IMG/VR virus record: IMGVR_UViG_3300050132_000038
Span: 62,001 to 126,000 of that record
DNA: 64,000 bases
Reading direction: 5' to 3' (one strand)
The translations under genes and the position numbers were made by a program. Below are positions 50,661 through 59,533 of this stretch, in pieces. Each line of letters begins with the position of its first letter. Position 1 is the first letter of the stretch. The notes beneath the pieces were generated by a model. It was not told the origin of the DNA and searched no databases. It worked only from the letters and a program-made list of their open reading frames with translations.

Positions 50661-51617
50661 TTACTCCTTGGTTAGAGTTGGTTGGCAGTAAGCAATTTCT
50701 AAGAAGGCTGCCAAGGACGCCGCGGTCGCCCTAAGTTCTTGCTGTCGCTCTTTAGACTGTCCCGCTAGTATTCGAATCCGTTTTATATTAGGTGCTGAAA
50801 ACGGTTTAACTTTAAATGGGGCCTCGACCTGTAAGGCAATTGCGGTCATAGGGACCTGCTCTAAGTCATCCATGCTATAAATTTTGTGAAGGTAGCCGCT
50901 ATTCTTCTTAGCGGCCCTCTCTACTTTTTCTACAGTAACGATGGCAGGTTTAACTTTCTTAATGACCCGGGACAGGTGCCCCTCAGAGGTTACTTGAGAA
51001 TAGCCGAGCAGATTACATTTCTCGATCTTCCATAGCTCATCTGACTTGTAGTTTATGTAGTGGAAAGCGGGATCAGAATTATTTGCCAGTGTGCCCGCGT
51101 AGAAGGTGTTTCTAAATCGTAATTCTCTGTGCAGGTGTCCAGCTACAGTAACAGCATCACTCTTCTTCATTCCTACCTTAAAGTCCAAGCCTAACTTCTT
51201 TTCAACTTCGGGGACAGCAGCGTGGACTACATTCAGAGCATCGAACATTAGTCGCGCATGAGGCCACGGATTAAAGTTTACGTGAGCTCCGTCTATGTCT
51301 ACCACTTCGGCCCTAGAACTGAAGACGGTAACGTTATGAGCTCTGAGCAGATCTAGGCTACAGGAGGATGCTTCCCGATTGTTAAAGAGATCATGATTAC
51401 CAGCGATGATCCAGAAGCGTAGGTCATTGTACTCGGCAAATAGTTTTCGTAGCTTGCGGACAACGGTAAGGTCACCATCCTCTACAAGGTCCCCGTACTG
51501 AAAGATATTTTGTATCCTCCTCTTTCTCGCAATGTCACAGACGTGAGAAATCCTGAACAGGCGCGATTTCATGTTGGTAGGTTCGAGATGCAGATCTGCT
51601 ATCCCTAGTGCTCTCAT
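50661..51617 (-). CDS. Second SbcD/Mre11-like metallophosphoesterase
   Basis: ADLHL, YGDLVE, AGNHD, AGHLH, YAGTL. Confidence 0.75.
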   Translation of the reverse strand: MRALGIADLHLEPTNMKSRLFRISHVCDIARKRRIQNIFQYGDLVEDGDLTVVRKLRKLFAEYNDLRFWIIAGNHDLFNNREASSCSLDLLRAHNVTVFSSRAEVVDIDGAHVNFNPWPHARLMFDALNVVHAAVPEVEKKLGLDFKVGMKKSDAVTVAGHLHRELRFRNTFYAGTLANNSDPAFHYINYKSDELWKIEKCNLLGYSQVTSEGHLSRVIKKVKPAIVTVEKVERAAKKNSGYLHKIYSMDDLEQVPMTAIALQVEAPFKVKPFSAPNIKRIRILAGQSKERQQELRATAASLAAFLEIAYCQPTLTKE

Positions 51618-52921
51618 TTCGTTTGGTCCACGTAAGTAGGTTTAGAGAAGTCGAGCTTCAGTGTGGCAGCGGCCTGGGCTAATCTCTTCGACTCCCGCGT
51701 TTTAGTCAAGATACCTGATAGCTCTTCCAAGTATAACGCCGCCCCCTTCGCAGATGATAACCACCGCTTAGTATGATCCTTCGTATTGGTCAACAGCCCT
51801 GCCTGCCCCTGCAGCATAATCAGATGCGCGTCAGGTGAAATGTCTAAACTTAGGTTCAATGATTCCGCCCACGTTACTAACCGAGGATCCCACGCAACCT
51901 TCTTCTTCCCTGCGTTAGTCTTGTACTCCTCTTCCCATAGCTTCATCATCCCTCGATGCTGTAGAGCAAATGGATTGTCTACAGTCACCATGTAGGATAA
52001 GCACGTACGCTCTATAGCATAGGTCATCAACGCTTCCACCGCACCTTTCCAGCCACGCTCAGGATACTCCCGCTTCACGTAGTCATACAAACCTTTGATA
52101 GTAGGCTTGGCCCCTAAACTCCAATAGTTCTTTAGATAGTAGTTACTCACAGTAAGATCGAACCGCAATCGTTTCTCCAGGTCCTGCTCCTCTTCACTAC
52201 CCATTGCCTTCTCGTTATCACGCTTCTCCTGTGCTTTATTATAAAGACACAGATGCATTAGCTTGTTACCCTTCCCTAACTTATCGCCTTTAGCATAGAT
52301 CGCCAAGGCTATTGAATCATCGTACTGATCCCCTACGCTACGCTTCATAGCTAATTCTTGCAACAGTGATATGTAACGTTCTCCGGTGTGCAGCCGCGTC
52401 TCATACATAAAATACCAACGATCAATCAATTCTCTCATTAGCTTTTCATTCTTCAATGGTGAACTATACTGCGCGAACGTTACTGAATGAATGTTGATAT
52501 TCCCAATCTTTACCTGCTGCGTTAGCCGGGTAACGTCTACACCCTTCTTACCCAGGAACTCTAGTACAAAGTAGAATATATCCTGCACCTGTGTCCGTAG
52601 CTTCAAGTTACCGAACGTATTGTCCCCACTGAACACTGATGCTGGATTAGCTAACACATTGAAGAACCATGTGGATCCTGCACGACCATCCTGTCGTAGT
52701 GTTACTGTTATTGCTGAACCTAGCTTCTTGAACTTCCCTGGGTTCATAATGAATATGATTCCCCCATCCTTATCGCGCAGTCCTCCATTCTTTTCCATTA
52801 CAGCCATTAGCTTCTTACTTTCCTTATCAGAGCATTCAACACCATTACTCTCGAAGGTCGTATCATCAACATCTAGGTCTGTTCCCATATTGATATTGTC
52901 CACCATTGCGTATGTCTTCAT
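51614..52921 (-). CDS. Rep_trans / phage gene II-X-like replication initiator homolog
   Basis: ANPASVFSGDNTFG, LCLYNKAQEKRDN (resembles the catalytic IYNKKQERKDN of pT181-family Rep), LRFDLTV. Confidence 0.65.
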   Translation of the reverse strand: MKTYAMVDNINMGTDLDVDDTTFESNGVECSDKESKKLMAVMEKNGGLRDKDGGIIFIMNPGKFKKLGSAITVTLRQDGRAGSTWFFNVLANPASVFSGDNTFGNLKLRTQVQDIFYFVLEFLGKKGVDVTRLTQQVKIGNINIHSVTFAQYSSPLKNEKLMRELIDRWYFMYETRLHTGERYISLLQELAMKRSVGDQYDDSIALAIYAKGDKLGKGNKLMHLCLYNKAQEKRDNEKAMGSEEEQDLEKRLRFDLTVSNYYLKNYWSLGAKPTIKGLYDYVKREYPERGWKGAVEALMTYAIERTCLSYMVTVDNPFALQHRGMMKLWEEEYKTNAGKKKVAWDPRLVTWAESLNLSLDISPDAHLIMLQGQAGLLTNTKDHTKRWLSSAKGAALYLEELSGILTKTRESKRLAQAAATLKLDFSKPTYVDQTK

Positions 52922-52950
52922 TGCCCTATCCCTTACCTTGATCTATGAAT

Positions 52951-53121
52951 CTACACATACCTAAACTATGTGTAGTCTATTTACATGCGTATTCGTTACC
53001 TGCGTATTCACCCTGAGTTAAACTATGTGTAACTATTCATGCAATTAATACACTTACTCATATATATTGATATTGTTATATTATACCCAAACTCAGGGTT
53101 ACTCATAGTTAAACTATGTGT
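52951..53121. repeat. Iteron-like direct repeats, inverted repeats and AT-rich core at the strand switch
   Basis: TAAACTATGTGT at 52962, 53019, 53110; ccctgagtt/aactcaggg at 53011 and 53090; ctacacata/tatgtgtag hairpin at 52951-52975. Confidence 0.8.
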
Positions 53122-53222
53122 GAGATACCCATATCGAGATGACGTATCATTTAACGAAAATGAAATTGTAGGGTGTGGATTCCTGCGTACCTATAGTTTG
53201 GATATAAGTAAAAAAATCTACC

Positions 53223-53230
53223 TGTAAATA
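53223..53230 (+). promoter_or_regulatory. TGTAAATA promoter starting the + strand block
   Basis: Exact motif 28 nt before the ATG; its divergent partner is at 52978-52985 on the - strand. Confidence 0.65.
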
Positions 53231-53258
53231 ACTAGTGTTCAACGTGGAGACTTATACA

Positions 53259-53576
53259 ATGACTGATGAAGAAGCGTACCGAGGATGGTTAGCTCGCAAG
53301 AACGGAGTAGCAGCTACAGCACACGAGGCTTTCCTCGCAGGGGTCAAACGTTACAAGGAGTTGTGGCTTCGAGAGCAAGAACTCAACTTACAGATGGAAG
53401 CTGAACTTCAGAGCGGTAGTCTGCCCTCTAGTCGTTACACCTTCGATCCTCATAATGTATTCGATCAATGGTTGATCCGCAACTTCAAGACTGGTGACAT
53501 TACCTCACGAGAACATAACCTGATGTTTAGCGTGTGGTACGCTCTCAAATCTGATAAGGAGAATCACAATGATTGA
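53259..53576 (+). CDS. Hypothetical protein
   Basis: Start MTDEEA with RBS GGAG. Confidence 0.7.
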   Translation: MTDEEAYRGWLARKNGVAATAHEAFLAGVKRYKELWLREQELNLQMEAELQSGSLPSSRYTFDPHNVFDQWLIRNFKTGDITSREHNLMFSVWYALKSDKENHND

Positions 53577-53838
53577 ACTAACCGATGACCAGCTTGATGA
53601 CATTTGGGATGCAATACCTGACTCTATTGACTATCGTTCTTTTGAGGAAGCAGAACGAGACTTTCGCTTGAAGTTTGCACGAGCTGTACTGCGGGTAGCC
53701 TACCCCGAAGCACAATGGATTACAAGATTACGCGTTGAAGTTACGCTCTCCAAGATGACTCACAACTTTACGTTCACCCGCGATGAAGTCATCGAGTTGT
53801 TAGGTGGTAAATTCAATCTGTTAAAGGATTCAAAGTGA
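53569..53838 (+). CDS. Hypothetical protein
   Basis: MIELTDDQLDDIW...FARAV phage-type start. Confidence 0.65.
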   Translation: MIELTDDQLDDIWDAIPDSIDYRSFEEAERDFRLKFARAVLRVAYPEAQWITRLRVEVTLSKMTHNFTFTRDEVIELLGGKFNLLKDSK

Positions 53839-54083
53839 ATGAAGAATGGAAACAATCTGTTATCGAAGGGCTGATGATGCTGACGGGCACTGCTAGACGG
53901 GGTACCCCTCGTAAAGCTAAACTAGCACGGAAGTACAGCTATACCCGTACCACATTATCCTTCTGGTACAAGGGAGCAGTACCCAAAGTAAGCTGTAGTT
54001 CTGCTCGCATAGACATCAAACCCGTGGAGCTCCCTTTACAAGTAACTCAGGTGCAGCTAGAGTACACAGGAGAACGCAAGTGA
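53835..54083 (+). CDS. Hypothetical protein
   Basis: Packed ORF. Confidence 0.55.
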   Translation: MNEEWKQSVIEGLMMLTGTARRGTPRKAKLARKYSYTRTTLSFWYKGAVPKVSCSSARIDIKPVELPLQVTQVQLEYTGERK

Positions 54084-54373
54084 GTGATGACCAAATCATA
54101 CCTACTACCGTTATCAAACAGCTTCTAAACGTCTTAGCGTTCTACGGTAACGAACGCAACATCGAGTGGGTAACGTTTCAGAAGGGGAAGCGTGAGCAGC
54201 AACTTAAGCGGCTACAGAATGACTCCTCCTGGCAACAAACTGGTGAAGACCATCGGGGTCATGAGGAGTTTAGAGAGAATGGGAAACAAGCTCTCGACGT
54301 ACTATCCGCCCTTGAGCAAGCTCTACCCGATTCCTTCTGGGATAGCGTAGAAGTACAAAAGGAAACCATATGA
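54080..54373 (+). CDS. Hypothetical protein
   Basis: Packed ORF. Confidence 0.6.
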   Translation: MSDDQIIPTTVIKQLLNVLAFYGNERNIEWVTFQKGKREQQLKRLQNDSSWQQTGEDHRGHEEFRENGKQALDVLSALEQALPDSFWDSVEVQKETI

Positions 54374-54804
54374 TAGTTACATCTGACATGCTGCAAGTGT
54401 TTCTCGAACGTATGCAGTACAATCGCCACCGTCCGGTCTCGTATAAATATGCACTCTACACAGCAGTGCAAGCAGCAATTAAGTTAGACCCTACGTTAGA
54501 TCCGATGCTTGAGAGTGACCACCACGAACTTGAAGCATCTCTGGTAGCCGAATGTGTAATGAGCCATCTGTATGACTTTGCATCGTCCTACAACTCTGAA
54601 TCTATTAGTGATCCCATTCTCTACGCTAATAAGCACGAAGCCATTAAAGAGGTGTTAGCCCAATTAGCACATAAGCACGAAGCCATTAAAGAGGTGTTAG
54701 CCCAATTAGCACGAGGAACCTTCTCACTGTATGACAACCCGTACCAAGAGATCTGTTCAAGCAGTACCCACCTGACACCGAGGATTCAAAATGAGCAAGG
54801 GTGA
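54370..54804 (+). CDS. Hypothetical protein with internal 14-aa duplication
   Basis: KHEAIKEVLAQLA twice. Confidence 0.6.
   Translation: MIVTSDMLQVFLERMQYNRHRPVSYKYALYTAVQAAIKLDPTLDPMLESDHHELEASLVAECVMSHLYDFASSYNSESISDPILYANKHEAIKEVLAQLAHKHEAIKEVLAQLARGTFSLYDNPYQEICSSSTHLTPRIQNEQG
54629..54712. repeat. Perfect 42-nt tandem duplication
   Basis: ataagcacgaagccattaaagaggtgttagcccaattagcac x2. Confidence 0.9.
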
Positions 54805-55054
54805 CGCTCAAGTGTGGTATGCCAGTACCAAAGCACACAGGGTAGACAAGGAAGAAACCACGAGCATATTCGATGACATAGATTATGAAGGATTCATAAA
54901 GTTTGCGAAACTCCAAGGCTACAATCTCAAGCGTACTATAGAGACTTCAGGTATAACAACTGAACTAGGAATAGGTCCAGCAACCTTCTACTATGATAAC
55001 ACTGAACATGCATGGCGTGGTTGGGCCAACCGTACTCAGAAAACAAAGGAGTAA
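54791..55054 (+). CDS. Hypothetical protein
   Basis: Packed ORF. Confidence 0.6.
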   Translation: MSKGDAQVWYASTKAHRVDKEETTSIFDDIDYEGFIKFAKLQGYNLKRTIETSGITTELGIGPATFYYDNTEHAWRGWANRTQKTKE

Positions 55055-55057
55055 CAA

Positions 55058-55408
55058 ATGAAAACAGTAGAAGCTGTTCCATCACGTGGTAGACACTGGT
55101 TGATCTGGCCCACAGATGCAACTGAGTGGATGCTCACCTACAGCGAAGACTTGGCGAAGAAAGCTAAACAGTACTCTTGGGGCTGTATAGAGTACGCAGA
55201 AGTTGTAGAGTCTCCAGAGGTCTGTACGCCAGCAGATGCTCTGGTTCTACGCCAAGCAAACCACGCACTAGTAGACGAGCTTCAACAGGCTCGACAACTG
55301 CTAGCCGATGCTTGTGCCTACATTGCATCTCATTATGAGGAAGGCTACAAACAACCAGCGGCAGCACTAGCAGCTAAAATTATTAAATTCTTAGGAGAAC
55401 CAAAATGA
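55058..55408 (+). CDS. Hypothetical protein
   Basis: Packed ORF with RBS. Confidence 0.65.
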   Translation: MKTVEAVPSRGRHWLIWPTDATEWMLTYSEDLAKKAKQYSWGCIEYAEVVESPEVCTPADALVLRQANHALVDELQQARQLLADACAYIASHYEEGYKQPAAALAAKIIKFLGEPK

Positions 55409-55701
55409 GCAGCGATAGCAAACACGCTATGAAATCTATAGAGTCTCGCATCCAAACTATGTACGATGGTATTCCTGAGCACATAAAGGAGGACATCTGT
55501 GAGGCTACCGTGTGGGCTCGTGAAACGTTAACTAATTACGAAGGAGCAGGACATTGCATTTACGTTACTGCAAAGTCTAATGGCCTAGTTGTTTGTTCTT
55601 TTGCAAAGCCTGAGTGGCCAGGGGACCATTGCGGCCGAGGTATGGAGCACGGAGCAGAAGCTATAGTGATGGCAGTCTGCGAATATCTCTGCGGTGCCTA
55701 A
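55405..55701 (+). CDS. Hypothetical protein
   Basis: Packed ORF. Confidence 0.65.
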   Translation: MSSDSKHAMKSIESRIQTMYDGIPEHIKEDICEATVWARETLTNYEGAGHCIYVTAKSNGLVVCSFAKPEWPGDHCGRGMEHGAEAIVMAVCEYLCGA

Positions 55702-55715
55702 CAAGGAGAAACGAA

Positions 55716-55865
55716 ATGAGTGAGGACGAGTATCTGTGTAAACGTACACAGTTATACAATCAGAGGGAAGAGGGCTTTCGTATAATAAAGCGTGTTGACA
55801 CGGAACTTAAAGCACTAGACACCGAGTACAAAAGTTCTAAATCCCTCCTACCCAAAGTTAAATAA
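55716..55865 (+). CDS. Small hypothetical protein
   Basis: AAGGAGAAACGAAATG start. Confidence 0.6.
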   Translation: MSEDEYLCKRTQLYNQREEGFRIIKRVDTELKALDTEYKSSKSLLPKVK

Positions 55866-55898
55866 CTCATTGCTAAGATCAACTAACGGAGAAACGAA

Positions 55899-56108
55899 AT
55901 GAGTATTGCAGATGACCTAGCAGCAGAGGTGCGTTCTCAGTGTTTAGCAGCTGAACACTTCAAGAACTTGTGGATGGCAACCAATGATGAACTGGAGGCA
56001 GTGAAACAGAAGAATGCGTTACTCGTACAAGAGTTACGCAAGGCAAAGCAAGACGATGGAGATGACGACATGTACAAGGCTATGTACCCCGGAATATTCA
56101 AGGACTAA
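55899..56108 (+). CDS. Hypothetical protein
   Basis: CGGAGAAACGAAATGAGT start, same leader as 55716. Confidence 0.65.
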   Translation: MSIADDLAAEVRSQCLAAEHFKNLWMATNDELEAVKQKNALLVQELRKAKQDDGDDDMYKAMYPGIFKD

Positions 56109-56111
56109 AAA

Positions 56112-56267
56112 ATGACTAGTGATCGAGACTGGACTGAGGACTTCCATCACGAGAACGGACAATATATGAACGTCTGCATTAAGTGTGAGCAGACCTTCAT
56201 TGGGTACAAGCGACGCTTCATCTGCAAACTGTGCTACACACCACTAGAGACAGGAGAACACCTATGA
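56112..56267 (+). CDS. 51-aa zinc-finger microprotein (not in ORF track)
   Basis: DWTEDFHHENGQYMNVCIKC...KRRFICKLC. Confidence 0.7.
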   Translation: MTSDRDWTEDFHHENGQYMNVCIKCEQTFIGYKRRFICKLCYTPLETGEHL

Positions 56268-56752
56268 CACCAGAACGTGTTGAAGAAATTTGGAAATCAC
56301 TTCCGTACATAGACCTAATACCTCTAGGCCCGACGGAGTACAAGGCTGCACTACGGTTTAGGTTTGCTCAGGCTATGCTGGCAGCCCAGGCAACGGAAGA
56401 CGGTGTTCCTGCTCCCGCAGTAGAAGAAGGGCAGCGAGCTCGAGATCTAGAATTCGTGATGTTGCAGGAAGATCGTGATGGTGCATTCGCTAGACTTGCA
56501 GCACTCCAAGCAGAAGTTACGGCTTTGATAAAGGTTGCTGTGTATGCAGATAGTGTATGCCCTATTCTACGCAAGGCCGGGTACACTGGTAAAGCCCAAG
56601 CCCTGGAGCGTCGCATTAAAGAAGCGTATGACCTATCAACAGATAAACGGGTTTACGGCAAAGAGGAGGAGCAGTTCAAGATACTGGGTGAGATTGCAAA
56701 GAGTCTTGGAACTAAGACTGAAATAGGCCACAAGGAGAATCCAAATGAGTAA
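56264..56752 (+). CDS. Hypothetical protein
   Basis: Start MTPERV. Confidence 0.65.
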   Translation: MTPERVEEIWKSLPYIDLIPLGPTEYKAALRFRFAQAMLAAQATEDGVPAPAVEEGQRARDLEFVMLQEDRDGAFARLAALQAEVTALIKVAVYADSVCPILRKAGYTGKAQALERRIKEAYDLSTDKRVYGKEEEQFKILGEIAKSLGTKTEIGHKENPNE

Positions 56753-56993
56753 GCTAGTTAAGCAAAGATTCTATATCGACTTCGAGTACGACGTTAAGGC
56801 CATTCCCAAGAAGGAAGTTCAGGCGTGCATCAAACAGGCGTTACAAAATGAGCTAGTAGACCTAGCTCGTGACTTCCAGACCTCCATCAAGAGTTCTACT
56901 GTTACTGTCTCTAGTGAGCCTCGGCAGGTCCGAAAGTCTAGGCAAGCCAGTAAAGATTACGAGGTACAATACAAGCAGCGTTGGACCTACTAA
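56745..56993 (+). CDS. Hypothetical protein
   Basis: Packed ORF. Confidence 0.6.
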   Translation: MSKLVKQRFYIDFEYDVKAIPKKEVQACIKQALQNELVDLARDFQTSIKSSTVTVSSEPRQVRKSRQASKDYEVQYKQRWTY

Positions 56994-56994
56994 C

Positions 56995-57450
56995 ATGCGT
57001 GAGTACTTCATAGCGGCAACCCTAGTTATCTGTGTGTTCTTAATTATACGTCTCCACCAGAAAGAGAAGAAGCCAAAACAATCGCTATTCCATGTCACTG
57101 CTACTCCAGAGACACGAGCACGCGCTGAACTATGGAGACAACGAGAAGCCCCTCTCGTACCTGAAGATCTAGTAGTCCTATCCAAGCTATCGTACACCGT
57201 CGAAGATATAGACTTTGGGCATTGCGTAACCTTTCCAGGACGTAGGGTTTATAACCACGTTATCCTGGTGGACTTCGGTAGTGGTAGCCCTGAGTTCCAC
57301 CTCAATGATAACCATGACAAGGTGCCTGACAAGTACCCACCATTCACTCGTAACGGATGTTTGATCTATGGGATGTTTGTTACTTCTAAGGAACCCCTGT
57401 ATAACAATGTATGGGAATGCAACATTGACTACTTTGAGGAAACCAAATGA
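56995..57450 (+). CDS. Membrane-anchored hypothetical protein
   Basis: N-terminal TM YFIAATLVICVFLIIRL. Confidence 0.65.
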   Translation: MREYFIAATLVICVFLIIRLHQKEKKPKQSLFHVTATPETRARAELWRQREAPLVPEDLVVLSKLSYTVEDIDFGHCVTFPGRRVYNHVILVDFGSGSPEFHLNDNHDKVPDKYPPFTRNGCLIYGMFVTSKEPLYNNVWECNIDYFEETK

Positions 57451-57689
57451 CTAGTAGCTTTACTTTCTCTCTACCACAGTACACACCGTGTCTAGGACTC
57501 CCAGGTAACAAAGACTGGAGTCCTACAGATAAAATGACTATAAACTTTGAAGAGGTACCAGATGCTACTAGTTACCGAGTGTACTTCGGGGGTGCCCCGA
57601 GTCGCTATCAAGTTCAGAAACGTAAACTGCGTCTACAGTTCAACAAGCGCAAGAAACAACGTAGAGCAACTACCGGGAGACGCAAGTGA
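57447..57689 (+). CDS. Hypothetical protein
   Basis: Packed ORF. Confidence 0.55.
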   Translation: MTSSFTFSLPQYTPCLGLPGNKDWSPTDKMTINFEEVPDATSYRVYFGGAPSRYQVQKRKLRLQFNKRKKQRRATTGRRK

Positions 57690-58036
57690 CCGATAAGGAA
57701 ATCAGCGAATCGTCTAAGCTCCTGAAGGCAGCGCTGGATAGATCAGACGCAGGCTTCCGAAGCTACGCACGTAAATTGAAGAAAGCCGGTGAGGACGATT
57801 CTATAGAAGCGCAGTACGACGCCTGCTTAGAGGACATGCTAGGTTGCTATGATGCTGCAGTGGACGCTTACGTTAAAGAGAACCTTTGTTTGCTCCGGGA
57901 GATGGCAGCTGCTCAACGTATAGCGGAGCGTACTGCCTATGCTAAGGCCTATGACACTGCTACCCGGAGGCTCTGCCAATTCGCTATCGCTGCAGTTATC
58001 GTAATTTGTCTCGTAGTTCTAGTATGCAGATATTAA
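57686..58036 (+). CDS. C-terminally anchored membrane protein
   Basis: FAIAAVIVICLVVLVC. Confidence 0.65.
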   Translation: MTDKEISESSKLLKAALDRSDAGFRSYARKLKKAGEDDSIEAQYDACLEDMLGCYDAAVDAYVKENLCLLREMAAAQRIAERTAYAKAYDTATRRLCQFAIAAVIVICLVVLVCRY

Positions 58037-58441
58037 TTGAGGAAGACTATAATGTTAGATCCTACTATCGTTAAACCTAGCTATCGAGTTAGGCAACGTC
58101 TCCAGCACAAGCTGGTGAAGAAGACGATCAAACAATTGGAGGAGAGTATGCGCCGAACATCTGAGACTAGTTCCCAGCACTACCCGTTCATCAGTGGTGT
58201 CCAGCAGAATTATTCTACCCCGAACCAACTCCAACAGAATGCAGCGTACGAGGAGTGGCTAAACCAGAGTTTGCGAAACCAAGAACAGTTCCGTTCCAGG
58301 CAACCCGAGATTCCCAAACCAGAAAAACCTGAGGTAAAGTATTGTCCACCCAATACAGAAGGCACGTACTGGGATTCTTTGATTGGAGGCCTCGTGTTCC
58401 TCATAGCAGTGTCCACCATGCTTTGGGTACTTTTTCGTTGA
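58037..58441 (+). CDS. C-terminally anchored membrane protein
   Basis: LIGGLVFLIAVSTMLWVLF. Confidence 0.6.
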   Translation: MRKTIMLDPTIVKPSYRVRQRLQHKLVKKTIKQLEESMRRTSETSSQHYPFISGVQQNYSTPNQLQQNAAYEEWLNQSLRNQEQFRSRQPEIPKPEKPEVKYCPPNTEGTYWDSLIGGLVFLIAVSTMLWVLFR

Positions 58442-58442
58442 C

Positions 58443-58450
58443 TGTAAATA
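58443..58450 (+). promoter_or_regulatory. TGTAAATA putative late promoter
   Basis: Directly after a stop codon, 18 nt before the ATG at 58469. Confidence 0.65.
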
Positions 58451-58468
58451 AAAGGAAAGGGGAAACTA

Positions 58469-58699
58469 ATGAAAGTATGGTTGAGTGACGAACTAAGTGC
58501 CCGAGCGAAGGCCGCTGGTGTTCAAGACACGCTGAATCTGTACATAGGTCTAGAGTTTACTTTAGAACTTCTACTGGAGATCATACAGAATCCAAAGATG
58601 CCTACCGTCGTACCTACGATAATCCGTAAATACACTCTAGACGCACCGCCTGCAGCAACTATAGGTGACATACTTCTATGTCATGTTCATGAATGGTGA
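58469..58699 (+). CDS. Hypothetical protein
   Basis: ORF after the promoter motif. Confidence 0.6.
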   Translation: MKVWLSDELSARAKAAGVQDTLNLYIGLEFTLELLLEIIQNPKMPTVVPTIIRKYTLDAPPAATIGDILLCHVHEW

Positions 58700-58805
58700 T
58701 TGCAGGTAGGCTACGATAGCGTACGACCTATCCTACGGCCTGAAAATAGGGGTTATGCACAATTACCCACAAACCGGATAATATACCTAAAGAAGAGGTT
58801 TTCTA

Positions 58806-59516
58806 ATGTCAGATCTAGCAACTGTAGTTCACGAAATTCCAAAAGATTTAACTGACCTGTACGCAGTGTTAAATGTTCCACGGGATGCCACTGTTCAGGA
58901 AATTAAAGCAGCGTACCGTTTGGCTGCTATGCTGTATCATCCAGATAGGCAGAATGGTAGCTCAGAATTATTCCAAGCAGTTCAGCGGGCGTACGAAGTG
59001 TTGATGGACCCTAAGAAGCGTAAGCATTACGACGAAACTGGAAGGCTGCCCATCGACGACGAGAAGCTCAGGGAAGAAGCGTTGTCCGTTGTGAACTTCA
59101 ACCTGATCCAGGTGATCGACCAGATTGCACAATCCCCTGATCCTACTATGGAAGTGTGGCGTGTCAATCCGGTAGCTTCGGTGAAGTCTAAACTCAGCCA
59201 AGAACTTGTTAACGCTCGACAGAACCTACTGGGTATCCACAAAGCAATCAGACGCTACAAAGCAATGCTGAAGCGGTTCAAGAACAAGAAAGCTGAGAGC
59301 TTCGAGAACTCTCCTGTTGGTTTCCTAATGAATGAGAAGCTGACCAATCTCGAAGACACCATCGAGAAGGTGGAGAATATAATTAAGATTCATGAGTACG
59401 CAGTCGAGCTGTGTGACGACTACAACTACGATCAAGCCGACGATACACCTCCACCGCAGCCCCAGTCCTATCAGGATCTGCAAACCATTTTCTTTAATAC
59501 GTGGCCTACCCGGTAG
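58806..59516 (+). CDS. DnaJ-domain protein
   Basis: DLYAVLNVPRDATVQEIKAAYR..AMLYHPDR...LFQAVQRAYEVLMDPKKRKHYD. Confidence 0.9.
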   Translation: MSDLATVVHEIPKDLTDLYAVLNVPRDATVQEIKAAYRLAAMLYHPDRQNGSSELFQAVQRAYEVLMDPKKRKHYDETGRLPIDDEKLREEALSVVNFNLIQVIDQIAQSPDPTMEVWRVNPVASVKSKLSQELVNARQNLLGIHKAIRRYKAMLKRFKNKKAESFENSPVGFLMNEKLTNLEDTIEKVENIIKIHEYAVELCDDYNYDQADDTPPPQPQSYQDLQTIFFNTWPTR

Positions 59517-59533
59517 CCCAAGGAGAATTGCAA

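Noticed and set aside
32550-54449. TATAAATA at 32550 and 54442, and TGTAAATA inside CDSs (4000, 40001, 43284, 43373)
   Set aside because: They lie within reading frames and are explainable by codons; counted as motif hits but not called as promoters
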